From NCBI GenBank assembly GCA_017546125.1, contig JAFYXO010000013.1:33647-97646 (forward strand): DNA of 64,000 bases, written 5' to 3'. This stretch comes from Bacteroidales bacterium. GTDB taxonomy: Bacteria; Bacteroidota; Bacteroidia; Bacteroidales; UBA932. Below the pieces are notes generated by a model. It was not told where the DNA came from. It saw nothing but the letters and a program-made list of their open reading frames with translations, and did no database searches. The position numbers and the translations under genes are program-made. Each line of letters begins with the position of its first letter. The first letter of the stretch is position 1. Below, in pieces: positions 20,698 through 29,505 of the stretch.

Positions 20698-21729
20698 ATG
20701 AAGAGGTTAAAATCTGTCATAATATTGATCCTTTTGACTACTGTGTTGTGTGCACAGGAGGTGGTGTGGAACATGGATTTTGATGTGAGACTCGACAATC
20801 ACGAGTTTGCCAAAATGGATATCGGTACCTCGAAAACCCTTTTCGGGCTTTACCTTGCACCTACTGTAGGGTTCGGATGGGATGAAAATATACACTCTCT
20901 CAATGTCGGTGCAGATTTGAGGGCCTCTTTCGGTGAGGGGAGTGAGTGGTATAAAGGCTCCCTTTTGGCATACTACCGACTTAATGCATCCAAACATGAG
21001 GTTTATGCGGGAATTTTCCCGGTCAAAGATATGTTTGACGATTTCTCCACCGCATTTATCAGCGATGAGATGAGATTCAATGACAGGTCCCTGGAGGGTG
21101 TGGCGTATAAGTTCAAAGGTGAAAGGGGTTATGTGAAGGTTATCTTTGATATGCCCAGATGGAGGAGCGACTATCTCTCAGAAATTCTTACACTCTATTC
21201 ATCGTCCAAGTGGACATTCGGCTGGTTCTCTTTAGGTTATCTGTTTGATTTGAACCATTATGCTTATAGTATAAACACGGGTCTTGTAGTCGATAATTAC
21301 TGGTTCAATCCATTTGTTGAGTTCTCCTTTGGCGAGTATCTCAAACTGCAGAAAGGTGTGATCAATGCCGGTGGCCTGCTGACTGCCCAGAGGGACAGGA
21401 CAGTAACCAGAGAGCTTATTTTCCCAATGGGATTTCATGGCAGAGTGATACTTCAAAAATGGAATGTAGGTATAGACAATACGATCTATCTTGGAGATAA
21501 TCTGATGCCCTATTGGGGATATGAAGATCTCTATCACGGAAGTGAGATGTACAGGACCCAGACAGGTCTGTACAACAGACTGGAGTGCTATTACAAACCC
21601 TATAGAAGCGATTTTATGGATGTCTCCATCTCGTGGATAATGCATACTGACGGAGTGGGGATAGGGTGGCAGCAAAAAGCGACACTGCTGATCAATCTTG
21701 ACAATATAAATTTTAAAAAAGATAAGTAA
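20698..21729 (+). CDS. hypothetical secreted, probably outer-membrane, protein
   Basis: Signal peptide (LLTTVLCAQE). Aromatic/Gly-rich alternating pattern suggests a beta-barrel. No recognised family. Confidence 0.6.
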   Translation: MKRLKSVIILILLTTVLCAQEVVWNMDFDVRLDNHEFAKMDIGTSKTLFGLYLAPTVGFGWDENIHSLNVGADLRASFGEGSEWYKGSLLAYYRLNASKHEVYAGIFPVKDMFDDFSTAFISDEMRFNDRSLEGVAYKFKGERGYVKVIFDMPRWRSDYLSEILTLYSSSKWTFGWFSLGYLFDLNHYAYSINTGLVVDNYWFNPFVEFSFGEYLKLQKGVINAGGLLTAQRDRTVTRELIFPMGFHGRVILQKWNVGIDNTIYLGDNLMPYWGYEDLYHGSEMYRTQTGLYNRLECYYKPYRSDFMDVSISWIMHTDGVGIGWQQKATLLINLDNINFKKDK

Positions 21730-22895
21730 TGAAACTGAGCAAACTTCCTCTATTGGCCAAAGTGGTGATAGGTATTATTCTTGGTATCGCATTTTCACTC
21801 TTTTTGCCCGAATGGTGTGTAAGGATATTTGTCACACTAAGCGGAATATTCGGCAATTTCTTGGGATTTATTATTCCACTGCTGATAGTGGGGCTTGTGG
21901 CTCCGGGTATTGCTGAGCTCGGTAAAGGTGCTGGAAAGCTTCTGGGTGTGACCTCTCTGATAGCATATGGCTCTACAGTGTTTGCAGGTTTCCTGTCGTA
22001 TTACAGCTGTGTATGGACATATCCGTCGATTATCGACAAGACTCCTGAGACTATGGCCAAATTTCAAGGGCTGGCATCATCGTCCATTGAACCCTATTTC
22101 ACCATTGAAATGCCTCCGGTAATGTCTGTGATGAGTGCCCTTATCTTAGCATTTGTCCTGGGGCTTGGGCTCTCAAGGGTGAAAGGTGGTGCTTTCAGAG
22201 GTGTCCTTAATGAGTTGAAAGAGGTGATAGAGCTTGTCATATCAAAAGTGATTATCCCTCTCCTTCCTTTCTATATTTTCTGCATCTTCCTCAAAATAGG
22301 TGAAGAGGGTAGCGTAGTGGCTGTTTTAGGCCTCTTTATGAAAGTTATACTTGTTATTTTTGTGATACATGTATTGCTGTTGGTGATACAGTTCTGTATA
22401 GCTGGTGCCGTTGCCGGCAAAAACCCATTCAAAGCTTTGGTGACTATGCTCCCTGCTTATATGACAGCATTGGGTACCCAGTCCTCTGCTGCAACTATCC
22501 CTGTGACTTTGGCGCAAGCCAAGAAAAATGGGGTGGCAGATGAGGTGGCCGAGTTCTCTGTGCCGTTGTGTGCTACTATCCACCTGGCAGGAAGTACCCT
22601 TAAGATCGTAGCGTGTGCCTTTGCTATCTCGTATATGTTGGGGATGCCTACAAATGTGGGGCTTTATGCCGGATTTATTATGATGCTCGGTATCACTATG
22701 GTGGCGGCACCAGGAGTTCCAGGTGGGGCGATAATGGCAGCATTGGGCGTCCTTTCGTCCATTTTGGGATTTGATGAGAATATGTTGGGGCTGATGATTG
22801 CCCTTTATATCGCTATGGATAGTTTCGGTACAGCTTGCAATGTGACCGGAGACGGTGCTATTGCGATGGTTGTAAATAAAATCTATAAGAAGTAG
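21729..22895 (+). CDS. dicarboxylate/amino acid:cation symporter (DAACS/SstT-like)
   Basis: Polytopic protein. Conserved GTQSSAATIPV and TGDGAIAMVV motifs. Its start overlaps the upstream stop by 1 nt. Confidence 0.85.
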   Translation: MKLSKLPLLAKVVIGIILGIAFSLFLPEWCVRIFVTLSGIFGNFLGFIIPLLIVGLVAPGIAELGKGAGKLLGVTSLIAYGSTVFAGFLSYYSCVWTYPSIIDKTPETMAKFQGLASSSIEPYFTIEMPPVMSVMSALILAFVLGLGLSRVKGGAFRGVLNELKEVIELVISKVIIPLLPFYIFCIFLKIGEEGSVVAVLGLFMKVILVIFVIHVLLLVIQFCIAGAVAGKNPFKALVTMLPAYMTALGTQSSAATIPVTLAQAKKNGVADEVAEFSVPLCATIHLAGSTLKIVACAFAISYMLGMPTNVGLYAGFIMMLGITMVAAPGVPGGAIMAALGVLSSILGFDENMLGLMIALYIAMDSFGTACNVTGDGAIAMVVNKIYKK

Positions 22896-23698
22896 TGAGA
22901 GTGGGAAGGGGAGATCTTAACATAGTTCTGTGCCAGTACGATATTCTGTGGGAGGCTCCACGGGAGAATTGCCGCAGGCTCTCCCATCTGGTGGAGAGGT
23001 ATATGGAGGGCAGAACTGTTGATCTGCTGGTTTTCCCCGAATTTTTCTCCATGGGATTCACCATGAACTACGAAGCTGTCCTCTCTGAAAGGGGAGAGAC
23101 GCTCCGTTGGATGCGCTCGATGGCCCTGAAACACAATGTGGCGGTGGTGGGATCTGTCCCCACTGCGTCTGATGGGAGGATTGTTAATAGGTGCTATTTC
23201 ATTGCCCCGGATGGGGAGGAACTCCATTATGACAAGCGCCATCTGTTCAGGATGGGGGAGGAGAATGAGCACTATGCGGCCGGTGAATCGAAGGTTATTG
23301 CCCATTATAAAGGGTGGAATATTGCCCTGAATGTCTGCTACGATTTGAGGTTCCCCGTTTGGAGCAGGAATATCGGACTGGAGTACGATCTTCTGCTTAA
23401 TGTGGCGTCCTGGCCCGATTCGAGGATAGGGGTGACCGAGTACCTGATTAAAGCCAGGGCAATAGAAAATATGAGCTATGCAGCATTCTGCAATAGAATT
23501 GGGGAAGATCCTGCGAATGCTTACAATGGCCATTCGAGGGTGATTTCGCCCCGTGGGGAGGATATTGCGGCAGCTGAAGATATGGGGGATGCCCAATTTT
23601 TGAGCGCTACCCTCTCCGCTTCGAAGCTTGATTCCTTAAGGGAGAAATTCCCCGCGTGGAGGGATGCCGATTTGTTTGAAATTAAAAAAGAGAAATAA
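22895..23698 (+). CDS. carbon-nitrogen hydrolase (nitrilase superfamily, omega-amidase-like)
   Basis: Catalytic E-K-C triad contexts FPEFF, KRHLF and VCYDLRFP. GTG start overlaps the upstream stop by 1 nt. Confidence 0.85.
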   Translation: MRVGRGDLNIVLCQYDILWEAPRENCRRLSHLVERYMEGRTVDLLVFPEFFSMGFTMNYEAVLSERGETLRWMRSMALKHNVAVVGSVPTASDGRIVNRCYFIAPDGEELHYDKRHLFRMGEENEHYAAGESKVIAHYKGWNIALNVCYDLRFPVWSRNIGLEYDLLLNVASWPDSRIGVTEYLIKARAIENMSYAAFCNRIGEDPANAYNGHSRVISPRGEDIAAAEDMGDAQFLSATLSASKLDSLREKFPAWRDADLFEIKKEK

Positions 23699-23699
23699 T

Positions 23700-25283
23700 A
23701 TGAGAAGATTGAATTTGTTGTTCATTGCAGCTGTGCTGCTATTCGCCTCTTGCGGTGAGCAGGAGCACAATATATATATTTACGCCACCACCGATGTGCA
23801 CGGAACATATATCGGGGAGAACTCCCTTTCTAATGTCAATACTTATGTGAATCAGAAGAGGGGTGAATATGGTGAGAAATCGGTATTCCTTATCGATAAT
23901 GGTGACCATCTCCAGGGGACAAATGAGGCCTATTATTTCAATTTTAAGGACAAATCCGGTGGCAAGCACCTTTTCAGCAGGGTGATGGAATATATGCGCT
24001 ACGATGCTATAGTGCTCGGAAATCACGATATAGAGGCGGGACACCCTGTCTATGACAAAATAGATGAGGAGATGAATATCCCATATCTGGCAGCAAATGC
24101 TATCGAAGTGGAGACCGGCAAACCATACTTCCAGGAGTATGCAATCATTAAAAAAGGTGGGGTAAAAGTGGCTGTAATCGGTTTTGAAAACCCAAATATT
24201 GCAAGCTGGCTGGCCCCTGCGCTATGGGAAGGGATCAAATTTGTACCCACTTACCCTATGGCAGATTCTCTGGTGGCTGCAGTGAGGGCTAAGGAGAACC
24301 CTGATGTGGTGGTGATTTCGGTGCATGGTGGTATTGGCGAAGCGGATAATCACAGGATCGAGAACCCTGCCCTGTATCTTGCTTCAAATGTGAAAGGTGT
24401 GGATCTTGTGATAGCGGGTCATGACCACAGAAGATTTGCAGAGAAGGTGTGGAATGGTGAGGACAGTGTATTGGTGATGGATGGCGGAAGCAGATCCAAA
24501 CTCCTCTCAGAGGTAAAGATATCGTTTAAAAAGAGGGGTGGAAAGGTGTATGACAAAGTGGTGGAAGGTGCCCTTGTAAATATGAAAGATGTCCCTCAGG
24601 ATACAATATTTGATGCAAAATTTGAAGCGGACAGGAAGATCGTTGAGGAGTTTGTAAATGTGAAAGTGGGTGAGATAACTGAGGATTTGAATTTCAGTGA
24701 GGCACTTGACGGAATGTGCGGATATATGGACTTCGTACATTTGGTACAGCTTGTTTCTACCGGAGCCGATGTGTCTATATCTGCCCCTTTGGCCACTTAT
24801 GGTGGTGTACCTAAAGGCGATGTGCTATACAAAAACCTGTTTGACTTGTATAGATACGAGAATCAGCTCTATGTAATCACAATGAGCGGCAAGGAGCTGA
24901 AAGACTATCTTGAGAACTCATTCGACATGTGGATCAATGGCAGGGGGCCCGCTTACAACTACGACTCTGCTACAGGACTTAACTATACAGTCAAAAAGTC
25001 GGCCAAGAAGGGTAACAGGGTTAAGATAACCACCATGGCAGACGGCAGACCATTTGATATGGAAGGCCAGTATAAAGTGGCTATGACATCGTATCGTGCT
25101 AGCGGTGCCGGCGATCTTTTGAAAAATGCAGGTATCGATCCATCAGAGATAGAGGGGAGGACAATCAACAGACTACCAGAGATTAGGGAGCTCATATATG
25201 AATATCTGCTGCAAGAGAAAGTGGTGGTTCCAAGTGAGCTTTCCAAAAATCCTAAATTGGGTACTTGGAATTTTGTGAAATAA
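23700..25283 (+). CDS. secreted bifunctional metallophosphatase/5'-nucleotidase (UshA-like) lipoprotein
   Basis: Lipobox LLFASC. Metallophosphoesterase motifs TTDVHG, GDHLQG and GNHD. C-terminal 5'-nucleotidase substrate-binding domain. Confidence 0.85.
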   Translation: MRRLNLLFIAAVLLFASCGEQEHNIYIYATTDVHGTYIGENSLSNVNTYVNQKRGEYGEKSVFLIDNGDHLQGTNEAYYFNFKDKSGGKHLFSRVMEYMRYDAIVLGNHDIEAGHPVYDKIDEEMNIPYLAANAIEVETGKPYFQEYAIIKKGGVKVAVIGFENPNIASWLAPALWEGIKFVPTYPMADSLVAAVRAKENPDVVVISVHGGIGEADNHRIENPALYLASNVKGVDLVIAGHDHRRFAEKVWNGEDSVLVMDGGSRSKLLSEVKISFKKRGGKVYDKVVEGALVNMKDVPQDTIFDAKFEADRKIVEEFVNVKVGEITEDLNFSEALDGMCGYMDFVHLVQLVSTGADVSISAPLATYGGVPKGDVLYKNLFDLYRYENQLYVITMSGKELKDYLENSFDMWINGRGPAYNYDSATGLNYTVKKSAKKGNRVKITTMADGRPFDMEGQYKVAMTSYRASGAGDLLKNAGIDPSEIEGRTINRLPEIRELIYEYLLQEKVVVPSELSKNPKLGTWNFVK

Positions 25284-25294
25284 AATCTCTTTCC

Positions 25295-25302
25295 TATCTT
25301 TG
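25295..25302 (+). promoter_or_regulatory. candidate -7 box (TAtcTTTG) for the coiled-coil/zapA operon
   Basis: TAnnTTTG lies 19 nt upstream of the ATG at 25321. It overlaps the track's TTG start at 25300, which argues against that start. Confidence 0.45.
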
Positions 25303-25320
25303 TGTATTAAGACGAAAGAA

Positions 25321-25614
25321 ATGGATAAAAGCAGAGAAATATTGCTGAATGATTTGACTAAGAAGATAGAGCTTCTTATCTCTAAGTATGAGCAAGTTCG
25401 TGCTGAGAAAAATGAACTTTCGTTGAAGCTTGCACAGTGCAAGGAAGAATTGGAAATTAGTAATAACAAGATAAAAGATTTAGAACAAAAGATAGATAAC
25501 TTACAATTGATTGAAGCATTCAAAGCATCTAAAGGTGATGTCAAGGAGGCTAAACTGAACATCAGTAAGCTTGTGAGGGAGATAGACAAGTGTATTGCAC
25601 TTTTGAACGACTAG
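25321..25614 (+). CDS. small coiled-coil protein (ZapB-like by position and composition)
   Basis: 97 aa with heptad-rich sequence (LELISKYEQVRAEKNELSLKLAQCKEELE). Sits immediately upstream of zapA. Confidence 0.6.
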   Translation: MDKSREILLNDLTKKIELLISKYEQVRAEKNELSLKLAQCKEELEISNNKIKDLEQKIDNLQLIEAFKASKGDVKEAKLNISKLVREIDKCIALLND

Positions 25615-25615
25615 T

Positions 25616-25915
25616 ATGGACGAGAACAGACATAGGATAACCATCAATATAGCCGGTAAGGATCGTCACTTCAGCAATATTGCACCTGAAGAGGAGGAGT
25701 TTATGCGTATGGCGGCTAAGATGATTACCAACAAGATGGATGATTACAAGAAGAAGTATGCGGGGTTGTCGGATCAGGATGCATTAAGCGTTACCTCATT
25801 GATATTTGTCACCCAATTGATTAAGGAGAGGAGGAACAATAGTGTAGGGGACTTTGAGAATAGAATAGCGGAACTTAATAATACACTCGACGAATATATT
25901 AAGACAAATCTCTAG
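25616..25915 (+). CDS. zapA: cell division protein ZapA
   Basis: 99 aa. ITINIAGKDRHF...EEEEFMRMAAKMITNKMDDY is the typical ZapA N-terminal fold, followed by a coiled-coil tail. Confidence 0.8.
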   Translation: MDENRHRITINIAGKDRHFSNIAPEEEEFMRMAAKMITNKMDDYKKKYAGLSDQDALSVTSLIFVTQLIKERRNNSVGDFENRIAELNNTLDEYIKTNL

Positions 25916-26104
25916 CCGTTAGATCGCTCTTTGCGAAAATCAACAGAATTAACATAACCGAGCCAACTCGACGGATGAAGACAGGCCTAGGTGACTCCTT
26001 CGGAGGATTACGTATTTACGTGACGTTGGAAGTCTGAGTCCAAAATCGGAGCTCAAATCTTATTATATAAGGTTTTTCGATGAACAGCATCTGACGGCTT
26101 TTTT
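25915..26104 (+). ncRNA. ssrS: candidate 6S RNA
   Basis: ~25-bp interrupted closing helix (25915-25941 with 26071-26098; the first 10 bp GCCGTTAGAT/ATCTGACGGC include one G-U). Large asymmetric internal loop (25942-25957 vs 26050-26070). Distal helices CCGA/UCGG and GGAUGAAGAC/GUCUGAGUCC. CUCC-UUCG-GAGG tetraloop hairpin at 25995-26006. Ends in a T6 run. Located right after zapA, as ssrS is in E. coli. Confidence 0.6.
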
Positions 26105-26173
26105 CAATATAAATTATCTCTCTTTTGTTGTAAAGTAGCGTTTGAAACTAAACTAAACACTATATATACAACA

Positions 26174-27718
26174 ATGAATACCAGCATTATTATAATTATT
26201 ACAGGTATCTCCTCTGCTTTGGCAGCTTTGGGATGTTATACCCTTGTCAGAAATGTTATTTTAAAGAAGAAGGGCAGTCAAATCATCCGCGACGCTGAAA
26301 TTCAGGGGGAGAATATCAAGAAAGAGAAGATTTTCCAGGCAAAGGAGAAATTCCTTCAGCTCAAATCTGAGCATGAGAAAGAGGTAAACGAAAAGAATTT
26401 CCAGATCCAGCAATTTGAGAACAAACTCAAACAGCGTGAAATGCAGATCAATCAGCAAGCATCTGAAGTTCAAAAGAAACAGAAAGAGGCTGACACTATC
26501 AGAGAGAATCTTAAAGCCCAACTGGATATCGTAAACAAGAAGTCTGATGAGTATGAGAAGCTACGTGTACAAGCTATTGAGAAGATAGAGAGCATCGCAG
26601 GGATGTCTGCAGCTGAGGCCAAAGAGCAGCTTGTAGAGAGTATGAAAGCTGAGGCACGTACACAAGCCATGTCATACATCAACGATGTGATGGATGAGGC
26701 CCGCCTTACTGCATCAAAAGAGGCAAAAAGGATTGTTATCAATACCATTCAGCGTATTGCACCTGAGACAGCCATTGAGAATGCTGTAACAGTATTCCAT
26801 ATCGACAGCGATGAGGTGAAAGGAAGAATCATCGGACGTGAAGGTCGTAATATCCGTGCACTTGAGGCAGCAACAGGTGTTGAGATTGTAGTGGATGACA
26901 CCCCTGAAGCAATCCTCCTTTCAGCATTTGACCCAGTACGCAGGGAGGTAGCCCGTCTTGCACTTCACCAGCTTGTAACTGACGGCCGTATCCACCCTGC
27001 ACGTATCGAAGAGGTGGTGGCTAAAGTACAGAAACAGCTTGAGGATGAGATTATGGAGACAGGTAAACGTACTTGTATCGACCTTGGTATCCACGGCTTG
27101 CATGTAGAGCTTATCCGTCTTATCGGACGTATGAAATATCGTTCATCATACGGTCAGAACTTGTTGCAACACTCTCGCGAGGTGGCAAATATCTGTGCTA
27201 CTATGGCATCAGAGCTTGGCCTTAACCCTAAAGTGGCCAAACGTGCCGGTCTTCTACACGATATCGGTAAAGTATCTGAAGAGGATTCAGAACTTCCACA
27301 TGCTATCCTGGGTATGAAACTAGCTGAGAAATATAAAGAGAAACCAGAGATCTGCAACGCTATAGGTTCTCACCACGAAGAGGTAGAGATGACATCACTT
27401 ATTTCACCTATCGTATTGGTATCCGATGCTATCTCAGGTGCCCGTCCAGGTGCCCGTCGCGAGGTAATCGAGTCTTACATCAAGAGACTTAAAGATATGG
27501 AAGGCATCGCACTTTCTCACCCTGGTGTTACCAAAACATACGCTATACAGGCAGGTCGTGAGCTACGTGTTATCGTAGGTGCAGACCAAGTGTCAGATGC
27601 CGAATCTGAAGTATTGTCAAACGAGATCGCTAAGAAGATCCAGGATGAGATGGTTTATCCGGGTCAGGTGAAGATTACTGTGATTCGTGAGACTCGCTCC
27701 GTAGCTTTTGCAAAATAA
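26174..27718 (+). CDS. rny: ribonuclease Y
   Basis: N-terminal TM helix, long coiled-coil, KH domain ([15 protein letters not shown]) and HD domain (LLHDIGK). Confidence 0.95.
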   Translation: MNTSIIIIITGISSALAALGCYTLVRNVILKKKGSQIIRDAEIQGENIKKEKIFQAKEKFLQLKSEHEKEVNEKNFQIQQFENKLKQREMQINQQASEVQKKQKEADTIRENLKAQLDIVNKKSDEYEKLRVQAIEKIESIAGMSAAEAKEQLVESMKAEARTQAMSYINDVMDEARLTASKEAKRIVINTIQRIAPETAIENAVTVFHIDSDEVKGRIIGREGRNIRALEAATGVEIVVDDTPEAILLSAFDPVRREVARLALHQLVTDGRIHPARIEEVVAKVQKQLEDEIMETGKRTCIDLGIHGLHVELIRLIGRMKYRSSYGQNLLQHSREVANICATMASELGLNPKVAKRAGLLHDIGKVSEEDSELPHAILGMKLAEKYKEKPEICNAIGSHHEEVEMTSLISPIVLVSDAISGARPGARREVIESYIKRLKDMEGIALSHPGVTKTYAIQAGRELRVIVGADQVSDAESEVLSNEIAKKIQDEMVYPGQVKITVIRETRSVAFAK

Positions 27719-27742
27719 AAGCAGTTTATAGGGTAATTTCTG

Positions 27743-27905
27743 CGTTATGCTTGAGGTGAAATTCCTCATTTACCAAAGTAAACTCCGGATTTCATCTCTG
27801 CGCATGCCTTGAAATTCCACTTCTAAACTACTTTTATTGGTTTCGCGCGCCTGGAAAATCCTCCGCTATTTTGCAAAAGATGCGCATGCCTTGAAATTCC
27901 ACTTC
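27743..27905 (+). repeat. three copies of a ~25-nt motif downstream of rny
   Basis: TGCGCATGCCTTGAAATTCCACTTC is identical at 27799-27823 and 27881-27905. A degenerate copy TGCGTTATGCTTGAGGTGAAATTCC starts at 27743. Confidence 0.8.
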
Positions 27906-27911
27906 AAAAAG

Positions 27912-27942
27912 TCGCTCCCGATCTGTCGGGGGCGATTTTTTT
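27912..27942 (+). terminator. intrinsic terminator
   Basis: 10-bp stem TCGCTCCCGA / TCGGGGGCGA (one G-U), loop TCTG, followed by T7. Confidence 0.8.
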
Positions 27943-27957
27943 GTCCATTTATTGTCC

Positions 27958-28038
27958 CGCGTTCATTTTTGGGCAAATATGTGCGCGAGTGGTGAAAAAA
28001 AGGGGAGTCGCGTTCATTTTCGGCGAAAATCGTGCGCG
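27958..28038 (+). promoter_or_regulatory. two 30-bp direct repeats (24/30 identical) just upstream of the esterase promoter; candidate regulator binding sites
   Basis: CGCGTTCATTTTTGGGCAAATATGTGCGCG at 27958-27987 and CGCGTTCATTTTCGGCGAAAATCGTGCGCG at 28009-28038. Spaced 51 bp start to start. The second ends 9 nt before the -7 box. Confidence 0.55.
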
Positions 28039-28046
28039 GGAATTTT

Positions 28047-28054
28047 GTAAATTT
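28047..28054 (+). promoter_or_regulatory. candidate -7 box (TAaaTTTG) for the sialate O-acetylesterase gene
   Basis: TAnnTTTG lies 24 nt upstream of the ATG at 28078. Confidence 0.45.
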
Positions 28055-28077
28055 GCTCACACTAAGTAAATGATGTT

Positions 28078-29502
28078 ATGAATAAGAGAGTTTTCTGTGC
28101 TTTGGTACTTTTGATGGCTGTTACTTTGGGTCTTGATGGCAAAGTGAGGCTACCTGCCATTATTTCAGACAATATGGTTCTTCAGCAGAGTACCGATGTG
28201 AAGTTATGGGGATGGGCCGATGCAGGTGAGTGTGTTTCGATATCCACTTCTTGGGGTGACGATGTTGTCTCTGTGACAGCTGATGCTGACGGGAAGTGGT
28301 CTGTGTATGTGAAGACCCCGGGGTGTATGACAGGACAGTCTGTTGTGTTCTCAGGCTCCAATTCACAGGATAAAATCACAGTAGAGAATATCCTTATAGG
28401 TGAAGTGTGGTTGGCCAGCGGTCAGAGCAATATGGAGTTCGAGATGAAGCCCCATCCTGTAGACAAGTGGATGACCGGTATGTATGAGTGGGAGAAGGAG
28501 TCTGCAGATGCTGACTATCCGGGGATACATCTTTTCAAAGTGAAAGAGGCCTGGGATTATGTTGCACCCAGAGAGGATTGCGAAGGGGAGTGGGTAGTAT
28601 GCTCTCCGGAGGTGGCCCAAACATATTCTGCCATCGCATTTCTTTTTGCCAGAGAGCTTCACAAGAGCCTTAAAAGACCTGTAGGGGTGATCCTTTGCGC
28701 ATTTGGCGGTACTCATGCAGAATCCTGGACCAGAGATGAGATAATGAGGGATGACCCTGTATACAAAAGGGTATATGAGGGTTATTCACCAGAAAAGACC
28801 ACCCCTAAAGGGTATCAGCACAAAGTGCCTGCTGCCATATGGAATGCAATGGTAAACCCCATTCTCGGCTACACCATCAAAGGCAATATCTGGTATCAGG
28901 CAGAATCGAATGCCTGGAGATCGGAGGATTATCAGCATATTTTTGTGAAAATGGTAAACGACTGGCGTGCTTTGTGGGGGCAGGAGAGATTGCCTTTCTA
29001 CTATATGCAGGTGGCTCCATTTGGGGACCTGTCGGGTAAAGTGCGTCTGGAGCAGGCAGAAGTGTGGGAGAAGGGGAAACTTGAGGATATAGGGATGGCT
29101 ACCGCAATAGATGTGGGGGACTCACTCGATATACACCCTAAAAATAAAGTGGTGCCGGCACATAGATTTGTACTGTGGGCATTGGCCAAGGAATATGGCT
29201 ACAATGTAGAGTGCGAGGGGCCACTTCTTAATGATGTCAAGGTGAAGGGGGATAAGATGGTGTTGGGTTTCAAGAATGCCAAAGGATTGTATATCAAGGG
29301 GGATTCGGGTGTGAGATATCTCCATATTGCAGGGGCAGACGGCGTTTATTACCCTGCCCAATCCAAAATTGAAAAGGGTAAACTTGTGGCCTGGAGTCCA
29401 TCCGTCCCAAGACCAGTCCATATCAAATACTGCACGGAGGACTATTGCTGTGGCACTATCTATAATGAGGCGGGCCTCCCTGCATATCCGTTTGAATATT
29501 GA
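28078..29502 (+). CDS. sialate O-acetylesterase (SGNH-type)
   Basis: Signal peptide. GEVWLASGQSNMEF catalytic-serine block. ~470 aa, typical of Bacteroidota sialate O-acetylesterases. Confidence 0.85.
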   Translation: MNKRVFCALVLLMAVTLGLDGKVRLPAIISDNMVLQQSTDVKLWGWADAGECVSISTSWGDDVVSVTADADGKWSVYVKTPGCMTGQSVVFSGSNSQDKITVENILIGEVWLASGQSNMEFEMKPHPVDKWMTGMYEWEKESADADYPGIHLFKVKEAWDYVAPREDCEGEWVVCSPEVAQTYSAIAFLFARELHKSLKRPVGVILCAFGGTHAESWTRDEIMRDDPVYKRVYEGYSPEKTTPKGYQHKVPAAIWNAMVNPILGYTIKGNIWYQAESNAWRSEDYQHIFVKMVNDWRALWGQERLPFYYMQVAPFGDLSGKVRLEQAEVWEKGKLEDIGMATAIDVGDSLDIHPKNKVVPAHRFVLWALAKEYGYNVECEGPLLNDVKVKGDKMVLGFKNAKGLYIKGDSGVRYLHIAGADGVYYPAQSKIEKGKLVAWSPSVPRPVHIKYCTEDYCCGTIYNEAGLPAYPFEY

Positions 29503-29505
29503 TAT

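Noticed and set aside
27866-28060. 64-aa minus-strand ORF in the rny-esterase intergenic region
   Set aside because: It runs antisense across the terminator hairpin and both 30-bp repeats. Its composition is not protein-like, and I see no promoter or coupling context.
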